Shown one piece after another: positions 1 through 12,740 of a stretch of DNA of 64,000 nucleotides (positions within the stretch are counted from its first letter, which is position 1; every line of letters begins with the position of its first letter). Source of the stretch: Azolla caroliniana (Eukaryota > Plantae > Polypodiophyta); assembly GCA_043228905.1 (NCBI GenBank), contig JBHGNT010000002.1, positions 14,136,001-14,200,000 of the forward strand, in the 5' to 3' direction. A model generated the notes under the pieces. The model saw nothing but the letters and a program-made list of their open reading frames with translations. It was not told the origin of the DNA and did no database searches. A program made the position numbers and the translations under genes.

Positions 1-2006
1 CAACTGAGGAAACCTGAAGATAGGAGGTGGGCATAAGTACAATAACTTGTACCCACTGATGGCGATCAATCCAGAAGGGGCCGTGAGTGGACTCAAACCT
101 ATGGCATGGCAAACTTAGCCATATGTCTCAAGCCTGACTTGATCGGTTGATGGCGATCTGCCACATCCCTAAACTCCAAGCAAAGACGGACTTCTGCGAG
201 CACTATCGATACGGGAAATAGACTGAAGTCCGCATACTCTCCGTGCTACGAGATGGTACGAAAACCCCTAGAACTCGTGAGTTGTGCACACAAATATATG
301 TGGGCCCATGCCAGAGCGATCACTAGGAGACTCCGATACTTCATCACCTTTGTAGATGACTGTACACGGAAGGTTTGGGCCTACTCCATTAGAGTGAAGA
401 CACTCTAATCCGACAACAAAGGCGAATATACCTCTAGATCCTTCAAGCAGTACCTGTCCAACAAAGGGATCAGGCATCAAAGAACTGTTCCTTACACACC
501 CATGCAGAATGGATCAACCAAACGATCCAAGAGAGGGTGAGAACAATGCTCCAACAAGCTGGACTAAAGTTGGAGTTCTGAGTTGAAGCATTGCAGACGC
601 CAGTACACTTGGTAAATCTATCATCGTCAAAGGCAACCAAGGTCGAATTGCCACATGCACTATGGTCAGGCAAATAGCCGACCTACGATAGGCTCTGTGT
701 ATTCGGATGCGAAGCCTACGCGTTCATCCCCAGGAAGAAATGAACCAAGTTGGCACTCCATTCAGCAAAATGCATATTTCTCGGTTATGGAACTGATGGG
801 GATTTTGGCTACTAGCTATGGGACCCTGAGAACCAGAAACTAATCCGTAGTAGTGATGTAGTCTTCAATGAAGGCTCTATCTTCTCTTAGGGGAACAAGT
901 AGAACATAGTTGGTAAAAAGGTATCCTTCGAAGTCGACAAAGATGTCGTAGAAGGACCATCCCACCCAGCCAACTTAGAGATTCGACAAACAATCGAACT
1001 CGACCAAGCCGACAACATATCTGCCGACTCCGAATCAGTAGGAAGTCCAATAGTCGAACTCGAAGACAAATCCATCAAAGACAATGCCGATTCAACAAGA
1101 GACGAAGAAGGAAAAGTCAACAAGATGCGAGTAGGAAATAGAACCGAGTCGAGAAAGTCCATAGGGGAGGACAACATGACACCACCAAAATCCTGACTTG
1201 GGGGCTGGTCACCTAACAAGACTCCTGACACAAATGGTTCAACAAATACCGATCTCCCAATAGAGCCAATTGAAGAATCCGAACCACTTATCTCAGCATC
1301 CAGGAGATCTAGACGAGCTCGAAGGCCAACAGAGTTTTTTCAACCTAGCCTCAACTACGTCAATTACACCGATGTAGGAGAACCAAGCACTCATGAAGAA
1401 GCTATGGCCACAACGGATGCCGAAAAATGGCTCCAAGCCATGAAATCCGAATGGGCTCGATTCACAAGAATCAGACATGGGAGCTGGTCGAACTACCAGT
1501 TGGAAGAAACCCGCTACCTTAAAAATGGGTTTTCCGATACAAATATGTATTTGACTCAGAGAAACCCAAGTACAAAGCTTGGCTTCTCGCGAAAGGGTTC
1601 AAACAAGAAATGGGGTCGACTATGACGAGATAATCTCACCAGTAGTCAAGATCACCAGTAGTTGACTATGAGTTGTGGCGACAGAAGACCTAGAACTAGA
1701 GCAACTGGATGTAAAGACAGAATTCCTACACCGAGATCTGGAAGAAGATATCTACATGTCTCAACCGGCAGACTTCACGGCGATGGGGGAGGACAGTCAC
1801 CTTGTATGTCGACTGAAGAAAAGTCCCTATGGCTTGAAGTAAACGTCAAGGATGTGGTACCAGAAGTTCGACTCCTACATCAGGTAGCTTGGATACTGTC
1901 GATCCAACTCCGACCCATGTATGTATGTATGTTCGGCAACTGGCCAATGAGTCTAGGAATTATCTAATTGTATATGTCGATGACATGCTGATTGCAGGAA
2001 GCAATA
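1..2006 (+). mobile_element. Ty1/copia element A, degenerate internal part (gag-pre-integrase, integrase, RT 5' part)
   Basis: Broken-frame motifs: LWH..LSHMS, ELVSCAHKYMW/YFITF.DD, EKWLQAMKSE, ELEQLDVKTEFLHRDLEEDIYMSQP and YVDDMLIAGSN at about 1970-2005. Confidence 0.9.
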
Positions 2007-2087
2007 TGTCAGGAATAATACTGAGATAGAGAAGAAATTAGTACTAAGAGAGGAATATTAGTACTAAGAGGAATAGAGGGTGTAGAA

Positions 2088-2142
<55 letters not shown>

Positions 2143-2438
2143 GAGGGAGAGAAAATGATGATGACAATGATATATTATGTGAGAAGAATATACAAGGAAG
2201 GCTAGGAGGCTTAAGACTAGCGTTGAACTGATTTGGTTCGAAATAATGGCTTGTGCCTCCTTTTATAGTATTCTCAGGAGTAGTCCTGAAGCTTCCTAGA
2301 GAAATTTGGAATATACATTAATTTTCTATAGTAAAACTTAAATAAAATTAATATCCTATTACAATAGATAGTGTAATTGTCAAGAGCTCGACCCATGTAA
2401 GATAAGGTCATGGGTTCGAGTCTTGCCATATCATGACA
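2007..2438 (-). repeat. 3' LTR of the chromovirus, with expanded (GA)n at about 2091-2139
   Basis: Direct repeat of 7268-7693 with TG..CA ends. PPT AAAGGGGGGATAG on the minus strand at about 2439-2451. Confidence 0.95.
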
Positions 2439-3900
2439 CTATCCCCCCTTTAAAACGACAAGTGTCACGAGTCGTTTTGGATTGAGGACCCGGTTTATCT
2501 GGATATTGACGATGGAAGTCTTCAAGAAGAGCACGAGCATTGGTCACATTCTCTATTGGTTCCCAAGTACGCTCGCTGGGACTATATCCTAGCCAATCGA
2601 CTAAATAGTAGAGCTCGTTGCTAACAATCTTGGAATCGAGGATGGTGGCAACCTCGTACTCAGGTCCATCTTCAAGTTCGATCGGGGGTGGAGGTTGTGG
2701 AATACGTGTTGGGATGGTGCTGGCTTGATAGGGTTCGCGGAGAGAACTATAAAACACTGGATGTATGCGAAGTTGCGGGGCTAGATCGAGACAAAAACCA
2801 ACATAATTAATCCAAGACTAGTCGTCGATAATCCAACTTCTCGCATGGGCGAGTAGTCCTGATGTGTTGTCGTAGTAGCCATACCCGACGGAAGCCGATG
2901 ACAATTTGCGTAAACCTTGTGTGTTTGTTGAGCTTGCTGTAGATGAGTAGATAAATCTGATTTTATCTTGCGTAACCGCTCCAACGATCCTCTGTGCAAG
3001 GATTTGTGGGTAACTCTGGGGTTTCAAATACACACCACCGGGGGTGAAAACCCGTGTAAGCATAAAATGGTGTAACTTTAGTCGATGAGTGGACAAAGTT
3101 ACTATAGGCAAATTCGGCGAAGTGGAGAATATCCGCTCAATCATCCTGATGATAGCTTAGAAAGCACCGAAGATACTGCTCCAACATTTGATTTGTTCAT
3201 TATGCTTGGCCGTCGATTAGCAGGTGGTAGTCGGAGGATAGGTTACAAGTGACCTTGAGCATTTTAAAAAGGTGCTTCTAGAATTTCGAGACGAACTGGG
3301 GTCCATGATAGCTGATGATATTATCAGGAAGGCCATGATGCCGACATATATCACGCATGAACATTTCGGCGGTTTCTTTATTGGAGATTTCCTTAATACA
3401 TGGTAGGAAATGAGCCATCTTCGTATATCGATCTACTATTGTTAAAATCGCATTGAATCCCTTAGAGATTGGAAGATCTATGATGAAATCTAGAGCAATG
3501 GATTGCCACAGCTTGCTTGGAATTGGTAATGGTTCTAATAAACCATATGGATGATGCTTTGACATTTTTGCTCTACAACATGTATCACAAGTCCGAACAA
3601 AATCTTCAACAAATTGTCGCATATAGGGCCACCAAAATGATCGTTGTACTAAATCTAATGTCTTAGTACTACCAAAATGCCCAGCTGTAGATGTGTCATG
3701 ATAGTTTTGGACTACTCGAAGGCGGCAAGAACCATTAGGAACAAACAAGAGTTTCTTAAAGAATAGTAATCCATCATGACATTCGAATTGTCGATAGTCC
3801 GTACCTGGTTATTGTGACTGTGAACAAGATGCTTGAGATGGATCAATTTGTGCTAGAATGGCTTGGGCGAAAGCATCTTTCTTCAAGTCCTCACGTATGG
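2431..3900 (-). pseudogene. Gypsy integrase plus C-terminal chromodomain
   Basis: HD...AGHFG..KT..L..R.FWWP..C..C zinc-binding motif; WQSIALDFI; EYEVATILDSKIV..LYYLVDWLGYSPSERTWEP chromodomain. The stop codon lies inside the 3' LTR. Confidence 0.92.
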
Positions 3901-4028
3901 TATCGATAACGTGGGAATCCAAGGGCATGTCGAAAACCCTGTGTTGCTTGTAGTCGTGCCAGCCCCAAGATTACTTGCTTTTGTTTATCGAAAGCTAGCT
4001 CGCCAGGACACATTGCTAGATACGAACG

Positions 4029-5880
4029 TCATGATAATGCATTTACCTTCCCTTTGTGCTTCCCCGAATGATATGTAATTTTGAAGTCGAAACGCATGAG
4101 GAATTGGGCCCACCGAGCTTGACGTCGATTTAACACACGAGCACTCTGAAAGTAGGCAAGGTTTTTGTGATCATTGAATACGGTGACTTGATGAGAGGAT
4201 CCCTCTAGAAAATGTCTCCATTGCGTAAAAGATTCCACTATTGCTAATAACTCCTTATCATGAATTTCATAGTTGATTTCGGTGGCGTCAAACTTGCGTG
4301 AGTGGAAAGCCACAGGATGTAGCTTTTCATCATTACCTTGTTGTGATAGAATGCTACCCAATGCAAAATCCGACGCGTCTGCTTCCATGATGAATGGTTT
4401 TTCCGGATCAACGTGAGCTAGAATAGGAGCCGATGTAAATGCCTTCTTAAGATTCTCGAAAGCCATGTCTACTTCTTTAGACCAAACGAACGATTGTCCC
4501 TTCTCAGTAAGTTGTGTGAGAGGCAGAACAAGCTTTGAGTAATCCTGTATAAACTTGTGGTAGAAATTGGCAAAGCCTAAAAAGCATTGCACATCTCACA
4601 ACGAACACGAAGTCTACCACTCTACCGCCCGTTTGACCTTAGTAGGATCCATGGAGATGCCTTTCGAGGAGATGACATAGCCTAGAAATTCCACCTGGTT
4701 GCACTTGAAACTACATTTTTCTAGCTTTGCATAAAGACCATGTTCTCAAAGTCGTTTTAGTACTAACAGTACATGAGAATCATGCTCTTCATGGGTCTTC
4801 GAATAAACCAGTAGAGCATCCAAATAGATGATCAAACAAACATCCAAGAGATCTCTGAATATATCATTTGCCATGTGCTGGAAGATTGTTGGCGCATTAG
4901 TGAGGCCGAAGGGCATGACCGTATACTCGAAGTGCCCATATCTAGTGCGAAACGCGGTCTTCCCTTCATCTCCTGGTTGGATCCGTACGAGGTTATATGC
5001 TCCTCGTAAGTCGATCTTTGTGAAGAACCTTGCACCATTGATCTGTTCTAAAAGACTTGAGATAAGGGGAAGTGCATACCTATTTGTGATGGTGACCTTA
5101 TTCAAGCCACGGTAATCTACAACGCGACAAAGTGATCCATCCTTTTTCTTGACGAAGAAAATGAGTGCGCCGGCTGGAGATTTCGAATGCCGAATGAAAC
5201 CATTTTCCAAATTCTCCTCTATATAGGCTTGAAGGACTTCTAGCTCGGTTGGTGACAAATTGTAGATTGGTTCCCATGGTGGCTCTTTCCCTAGTTGTAA
5301 ATCAATGGGGCAATCATACGGTTGATGGTGAGGAAGTGTATTGGCTTGTACTTTATCAAACACATCGGCATAATGATGATACTTCATGAACGGTGAACTC
5401 CTCTTTAGTGGTGTTTGAGGGTTTTACTGATATTGCGAAGAGAAACATTTCTTCCTTGCGTCCTTCTTCCCGCAACTGATGTAGCGAAATGGTTGCAATC
5501 TTATGTGTAGATCCTCCGACTTGTTGATACCGGATTTCTCTTGTTCTCCAATCTATGTCTAGGTTATGTAATTCGAACCATGGTAATCCTAAAACAATGG
5601 GATGTTCTGGGATACTAATTATATTAAATGATACTACACACGCTAGATTGTCTAGGACATTATTAACGGGCTCTAACTCTTCTATGATATTACCGGAAGC
5701 AATGGGACGACCATCAATGACTACTATAGAGGATGGACACGGGAGTTTCCTGAGAGGTATCTGATGAGCTTGGGCAAAATTCCTATCCATGAAGCAAGAA
5801 TTAGCTTCAGAATCTAGAAGTGCTAAGACATGTACTGGAGGGGTACTTTTAGTACTAACTATTACATGGGCTACGAACAC
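4029..5880 (-). pseudogene. Gypsy protease, RT and RNase H
   Basis: ALLDSEA (protease); [44 protein letters not shown] (from YLDD); EADASDFALG, NYEIHDKELLAIV. Confidence 0.93.
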
Positions 5881-5993
5881 ATTGGTAACTTGTTTAGAGG
5901 GAATGGAGCCACAAATGGGCTACACAGATCTAGGGTTGTCCAACCAAACGGCTCCGGATTTCGCGGGACTTAGTCGTTTACCTCTTCTTCTAA

Positions 5994-6900
5994 CTAACTA
6001 AGGACATCAAATTTGTTCGCTAGATTTGGGCCATTAGTACTATTAGGACTATCAGATATTCCTATTGAACTAGACTCAGGTTTAGTACAATTAGAACTGG
6101 CAACTATTTGGTTTACCTGTCTTCTTGGCCTATGGGGAAAATTTACGGCAATATGCCTTGGTCCACCACAATAAAGACATAGTCGATTTGCTCGACGTCG
6201 CTGCTTTTCTTCTTTCGATAATGGTATGCGACGACGTGTAGTGTCAATCTCCATCAGAGTTGGAGTATTCACTTGAGACGCATTATATGACTCCCTCGGA
6301 AAAGGTTTCGCTACCATTGAGGCGTATGTGGGCTTTGATCTTGCCCTCGGCATCTAGAATTGTTGTTCCAAACGTCGTTCGAAAAGGCAGTTGTCGCATC
6401 TCACCGTGCGACTGATTGCTTCTATTAATGACTTTGGTTCTTCGGGGAAGGTCAAGAGTAAATCCTTGACATCGTTGCATAAACCATAACAAAATTGCTC
6501 CATCAATGCTTGATCATCCCAAGGGATATCGGCGGCGAGTAGGCGGAAATCTACCGTGTATGCGGAGGCTAGATGATCAATTGGCGCAATCGTCGGATTT
6601 TGTTGATTGTTGTCCTTATGTTGTTAGTATCTCCAAAACAGGCTTTAAACTCACTTACAAATTCTTCAAAATTGTTTAGTAATGGAGATTCCTTTCCTAA
6701 CAATGGAGCGAACCATGCCAATCCTAAGCCACTAAGTAGAGTTCCTACTAGTCCCACTCGTGATGCATCGGTGGGATATCGAGAAGGATGCATTTGAATC
6801 ACTAAACGTACCCGATTAAGAAAACCTCTAAATTGTGATCAAGTCCCATCAAATTTTATAGGAAGACTGATCTTGGATTCTTTGTGAATCCCTTGAGTGC
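5994..6900 (-). pseudogene. Sushi/PEG10-like gag with zinc knuckle
   Basis: HPSRYPTDASRVGLVGTLLSG.GLAWF; PTLMEID...EKQRRRANRLCLYCGGPRH. Confidence 0.88.
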
Positions 6901-7253
6901 TTGATCCTTGTTGTTGTAGTGATACAATTGTCGCTTCAAGTTGTTGTACACGTAACAAAAAGTCAGCTCCCCATGTTGTTGCTTATTTTCTAGTGCTATT
7001 TGTTGAAGATCCCCCAACAAATAGTGATTTTCTTGTTCTAGTGCTACAAATTTCTCTTTTAAGCACTAGAGCTCTGAGAAAATATATTGGTATTACTGAG
7101 CGCTAACAATTTCCATTTTACTAGGGAGGATAAGAGGTATTAGTATGAAGGGAAAAAAGGGGTAAGAAGATGAGAGAAATCGAAAAGAAGACCGGAAAAA
7201 AGGGGATATGTAAGAAGATAAAAGGAAGAGGAAGAAAGGAGGAGATGGGAGGA

Positions 7254-7265
7254 AAATTGGTTCAA
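7254..7265 (-). promoter_or_regulatory. Non-tRNA primer-binding site, complementary to LTR 7465-7476 (self-priming type)
   Basis: TTGAACCAATTT starts 2 nt after the LTR. Its reverse complement lies 33 nt downstream of the TATA start. Confidence 0.75.
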
Positions 7266-7267
7266 AC

Positions 7268-7693
7268 TGTCAAGAATAGTACTGAGACAAAGAAGAAATT
7301 AGTAATAAGAGAGGATATTAGTACTAAGAGGAATAGAGGGTGTAGAACACTCGAGAGAAGGAGAGAGAGAGAGTGTGAGAGATCGAGGGAGAGAAAATAA
7401 TGATGACAACAATATATTATGTGAGAAGAATATACAAGGAAGGCTAGGAGGTTTAAGACTAGCGTTGAACCAATTTGGTTCGAAATAATGCCTTGTGCCT
7501 CCTTTTATAGTATTCTCAAGAGTAGTCCTGAAGCTTCTAGAATGTTCTAGAGAAATCTGGAATATACATTAATTTGGTATAGTAAAATAAAAATAAAAAT
7601 AATATCTTATGTATTATAATAGATAGTGTAATGGTCAAGAGCTTGGGTCATGTAACATAAGATCATGGGTTCGAGTCTTGCCATATCATGACA
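7268..7693 (-). repeat. 5' LTR of the chromovirus; TATAAAA at 7509-7503 on the minus strand
   Basis: Direct repeat of 2007-2438. Confidence 0.95.
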
Positions 7694-7829
7694 CAATCAA
7701 GTAGAGATCGAAAAGTTAAAGCGGAGCCTTCACGACAAGTTCACCTTAAAGGAAGTCAAACAAGCCCGTCACATATTGGGCATGAGGATCGAGGGAAATT
7801 GAATGAGCAAGACTCTTTGACTCTTCCAA
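7694..7829 (+). pseudogene. Continuation of copia A RT
   Basis: QVEIEKLKRSLHDKFTLKEVKQARHILGMRIE continues the frame interrupted at 2006. Confidence 0.88.
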
Positions 7830-8476
7830 TGAGTAATGAGTGTGTGAGGATGAGTATGTGTATGGACACATGCACAATTATGTTCATGTGTACAAGAATG
7901 CGTAACGGTCTTATTTATAACGGTCATGTAACCATTACATTGGATGTATTATATAAACCCTTTATGGGCATGTAATAAACATTTCTCTCGTTTCCTCAAT
8001 GCTCACACGTAATCCCCCATGTAACCGTCACATAACCATTACATTGGATGTATTATATAAACCCTTTATGGGCATGTAATGAATATTTCTCTCGTCTCCT
8101 CAATGCTCACACATAATCCCCCTTGGGAGGGGGGTGGCTTGCATGGTGGGATTGACCTCCCTCGAGAAGAGGTCACTCTCTCTCTCCCTCACTCTCCCTC
8201 TGTGTACGTAGTGTTTGTGTAGAGAGTATGGTGTTGTGCATGGAATCTTTGTGTGGGAGCCAACTTGTGATGGAGAGATGAACATTATTCCCTTGAGAAG
8301 AAGTCTCTCTCTCCCTCTCTGCTCCTCTATATCAGTGTAGTGTGTTGGTGCAACATGTTGGTGCAGCAGGAGAAATGGAGAAATGGAGAAATGGTGGGTG
8401 TGCCATGAGAAGAGCTTCTTCAGTTTCCACCACTCCATCTTTGCTCACACCTTTTAAACACTAATCCTAATTAACA
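7830..8476. repeat. LTR-like segment (TG...CA) with an internal tandem duplication of about 100 bp
   Basis: TAACCATTACATTGGATGTATTATATAAACCCTTTATGGGCATGTAAT occurs at about 7929 and 8033. Ends TTAACA. No TSD found. Confidence 0.45.
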
Positions 8477-8949
8477 TGAGAAAGCTCTATTTCCCTGCTT
8501 TGTTTCCCTTCACATACACAACATTTCCTAGTATACATAAGCAGAAGACAGAAACCTGCATTTTCTTTCATACTTACATACATATATATCTACAGCAGAT
8601 GATCCCTTGTTTCTTCGTATATATATATAAAGAGAAGCCCACTAGGAGACTACGGAGGAAGATGCACTGTGTGGAGCGGAGGCCGGTAGGATGTGCTGAA
8701 AATGCACGAGAGATGGTTCTAAAAGAAGCAACACAGAGAGAGTCGGAACCAGAATCGGAACCAGAACCGGAGCCGGTTAACACCGAAGGGCCGAAGAAGA
8801 CGGAGAAGGAGATGTAGATGCACACCAAACATCAATGACCAAAAAAAAAAAAGACCGGAAAGATGAATATTGACGACCGAACATTCGAAATGGACACATG
8901 ACATAGCTAGAAATGGAGAAGTCAGACGAGACAACGTGATGCAGAAAGC

Positions 8950-11390
8950 CACAGACGGGGCCTAGAGAAAAACACATAAACATGACGGAATGGTCTGGAT
9001 AGATGAAACGGAAAAAGAACGGAATGAACTGGACGGATACAGCCCAAAAGGCGTCCAAAATGGAAAGAGACACCGGATGGATGGCCAAAATGAGACAATG
9101 GAAGGGCCAGAATGGCGGCCGTGACCAAATAGGCCGATAGAGATGACGACGGCCGCCTACGGAGATGACCACAGAACCCGACGAAGCAGCGGCCGCAACA
9201 GGAGAGTTCTGGCCAGAGAGGGGGCTAGATAACAATAGGAACATCGGTCAAATATCAGCTGAAGAGCGGAAAGTGCGGTCGGAAGGGCCAGAAACCAGTT
9301 GGAATAGCCAGACAGTGTTTGTAGCAGCCGTAGCGGTTGGAGGGATGGACAAACCCCAGATAGCAGACGACCAGACAGATGGCAGGAGGATGATCGGAAT
9401 AGATGGACACACTGGACAAGGCGACGGACGATGGCCAGAATACCAACCATCGAATTGTTGCAAAGGCGGCTGAAAGGACACGGCCAGAAGGGCCGAATAG
9501 AGCCAAAGACAGAGACGGCAACCAGAATTCACAAAGGCAGCCAGAAACCTTCAACAACGGTGATTGCGAAACAATAGACAGGCAAACAATGACCAAGCAC
9601 ATAGATGGAGATGGAGATGCCTGAAAGATGCGGTACGCTTTTTTTAAAGTATTACCCCCTTCTAGAAATAGAAATATTGAATGAATGGATCGAACCCATA
9701 CTTCCTCCCATGAAACTAAAGTCCATAACACCAAGCGCTATAATTTTTCCATCTAGATGTCCTATACCTGTTTGAACGGCATCCGTCAAACCGTCGGAGA
9801 GGCAGTTAGAATGGACTGGAAGACTTCAGACAATGGGACGGAGACAACTGAGACAAGTGTTAGCTGGAGAGGCCAGAAAAGCACTAGCTGGAGAGCGGTC
9901 GAGAAACGACCAGAATGTATGGAATAGACTGTGGCCAAAGCGACCAGAGAACACCCGAAAAGTGATCAGAGTAGTGGTGACAGAATATCCGAAGAAGCCA
10001 GAATGGAAAAACATCGGTCGGAGTGGCGGAATGGCCGATGACAGACACCGGATGCCAAACGGGTAGAGACGCATAATGCCGGAGGGAGAGATAGTTGGAG
10101 CAACGGTCGAAAACGGTGACAAAGATGGACGGTTGACACAGGAAATAGACAACGATGATGACTGCCGGACGAGGCCAAGAGATGGAGACGGAGACGACAA
10201 CGAAGCTAGGGACAAAAAAAACGATTGAAATGGATAGGCAGACAACCGATGGAAGAGACGGTCGACGGGCGGAGGAAAAACAACAAACAAAGTTGGAAAC
10301 AATGATGGCGGTAGAAGAAGAAGACGAAGATAGAAACAACAAGAAGCAAACGCAGAAGAAGAAAAACAAGACAGACAAAATCATGAAGAAGAGAAGAAGA
10401 GGAGAAGAGAAAATGGGAAGATAGAAGAAGAAACATACTGAAGAGGAATGGAAGAAGAACTGCAGAAGAAAAGAAGAAGAGAGGAGAAAAAGGAGGAGAA
10501 CAGAGAAGCAGTTTATTAATGAAAGTGTTGTTCTGTTATACCTTGTTTAATCTTTAAAGCTTTAAGTTAATTACCATCATGTGCTTAATCTAATCCATCT
10601 TACCTATGTATTATGATCATTAACCAAACCGGTTAACATGCGGTTAGGAATACGTTTGTATTACGGTCTGCATCTACCCCACTTGCACCACCCTTTGGTG
10701 AAGTGTCCTAGAAGGACACCTTGTGTTAGGGCTAGTCCGGCCGCAAGGAGTAACACAGTTTTTGGCGACCACGATGGGATGGTCTAGATAGAAGAAATGG
10801 AAAAAGAACGTAATGAACCGGACGGATATAGCGCGAAAGGCGTCCAAAACAGAAAGACACACTCGATGGATAGCCAAAATCATACAACGGAAGGACCAGA
10901 AAGGCGGCGACAACCAGATAGGCCGACAGAGATGACGACGGTCGGGCGATGGAGACAACCATAGAACCCGACGAAGCAGTGGCCGCAGCAGGAGAGTTCT
11001 GGCCAGAGAGGGGCTAGATAACAATAGGAATAACGGCCAAATATCGGCCGAAGAGTGGAAAGAGCAGTCGGAAGGGCCGGAAACCGGCCGGAATAGCCGG
11101 ATAGTGGCTGTAGCAGCCAGAGCGGTCGGAGGGATTGACAAACCCCGGATAGCGGACAATTGGACAGACGGCAGGAGGATGATCGGAATAGATGGACACA
11201 TTGGACAAGGCGATGAACGATGATGGGAATAGCAACCATCGAATGGTTCCAAAGGCGGCCGAAAAGACATGGCCAGAAGGGTCAAATAGAGCCGAAGACA
11301 AAGACGGGGCTTGGAGAAAAACACATAAACATGATGGAATGGTTTGGATAGAAGAAACGGAAAAAGAATGTAATGAATTGGATGGATACA
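8950..11390 (+). repeat. Unit of about 560 bp repeated at about 8950-9515 and 10775-11335, plus a partial copy; probable LTR/UTR of a gypsy element
   Basis: Collinear similarity visible in DNA and in the incidental ORFs (MDTLDKATDDG / MDTLDKAMNDDG). Confidence 0.75.
10763..10779 (+). promoter_or_regulatory. Putative tRNA-Arg-type PBS after an LTR end (...GTAACACA)
   Basis: TGGCGACCACGATGGGA resembles the complement of the plant tRNA-Arg(UCG) 3' end (recalled sequence). Confidence 0.5.
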
Positions 11391-11410
11391 AACCACCAAA
11401 CGACCCAGCA

Positions 11411-12740
11411 ATGGAGCGAGAGCGACGACTAGACAAACGACTACGGAAGCGCGAAGCGTACCACCAGGTGGCAGAAGAAATCCTAGCGGATCGATCCTTT
11501 TCAAAGGTGATCCGACGAGTGGCCGCGGAGTAACTCCGTGTGCAGCAAAATTCCCATCTAGACGAAGGAAGCAGTTTAAGTAGCTGAGAGAAGCGGAATC
11601 AATCCTGCAGCAAGAGAAGGCGATTCCGAGCCATTTTCGGCGTTTGAATCGGATTCAGACGACGAGTACAGCGCACCTTCGAATTACGGGCAGCAATCAC
11701 GGCACCCCGGACAGACCAAAGGACGAGGAATCGGATAATATACCGACACCGGAACCGGCGATAACAGAACTGGAAGCTTTAGGAAGGCAAGAGGCGGATC
11801 AACCTTCGACACCACCACGCGGGCCTCCGAAGCATGAAGAGGGAAAAACTTCAATGCCGGAAAAAGAGGAAAGACCTCCGACACCGCCTCCGACAAAAGA
11901 GGAGGAGAAACCTCCGACTCCGCTCCCAACAGAAGAGGGGGAGAGACCTCCGTCACCACCAGCTCGAGTTCCGACACCGGACGACGATATGCCGTTCCAA
12001 TATCCCAAGTACCGGGATGATCCGGACGCGGAAGCCCATGTGTATGCATTTTTACAAACATGGGAAGCAAACCATGTGTCGCAACGCTTAATTGTCGCCA
12101 AAGCAGAATGCTCGAAGATTGCAGAATTCGGCATGACTTTGGAAGGACTAGCCGTGCGATGGCACTTGACACACCTTCCCAGAACCATTACTACGTTTGA
12201 AGACTTGAAAACCAGATTTTTACAATTCTTCAACAAGGAGGTGGATCAATGGGAGATGGTCAGCCTATTCTACAACATACGGAAACCATTCAGCAATTCG
12301 TAATCCGATTCCAGCAAATGCACAGCTAGCTAAGTCTGGCACCACCCGAAGCAGAGGCTAAAACAATATTGCTAGCAGCACTCCGGGAACCCCTACGTAC
12401 GGTGTGTGCAATCATTGATTTCCGCACCAGCACAATTGACCAGGTCATCGACCAGGTTAGGGAGATGGAGAAAACAAGCTCGTGGCTAACAATGGGGGCA
12501 CTCCAGCGTGCCTTACCGAGAAACGAAGACCTATGTTTTCGACAAGCTATACAATGTACGACTTGCCTCAATGTCGGGTACTTGGCAATAGAATGTACCA
12601 TGCGGTCACAGTGCATGTTATGCCACTCCAAGTCGCACACAATGGACCGATGCGAATATAACTTATTGAACCGGCAAGCGGCACCGGTAAGACAAATCGA
12701 TACCCGCAACGACCGGGAACCAAAAGCAGAAAGAAAGAGG
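11411..12740 (+). pseudogene. Non-chromovirus gypsy gag fragment (same family as elements B and C)
   Basis: PFQYPKYRDDPDAEAHVYAFLQTWEANH; LREPLRT; tandem knuckles CTTCLNVGYLAIEC and CMLCHSKSHTMDRC. Confidence 0.85.

Larger units (their letters stand above)
2007..7693 (-). mobile_element. Full-length degenerate Ty3/gypsy chromovirus (Tf1/sushi/Tcn1-like) nested in the RT of copia A
   Basis: Two LTRs TGTCA...TGACA. TSD CAATA (2002-2006) / CAATC (7694-7698). Order gag-AP-RT-RH-INT-chromodomain. The copia frame GSN|QVEIEKLK is restored on removal. Confidence 0.95.

Noticed and set aside
7617-7693. Functional tRNA gene in the LTR
   Set aside because: Acceptor, anticodon and T stems pair poorly; only the boxes and their spacing are tRNA-like.
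8476-11533. Many overlapping 70-276 aa ORFs as host genes
   Set aside because: They are incidental frames in purine-skewed repeated sequence with no recognisable domains, and frames are not conserved between repeat copies.
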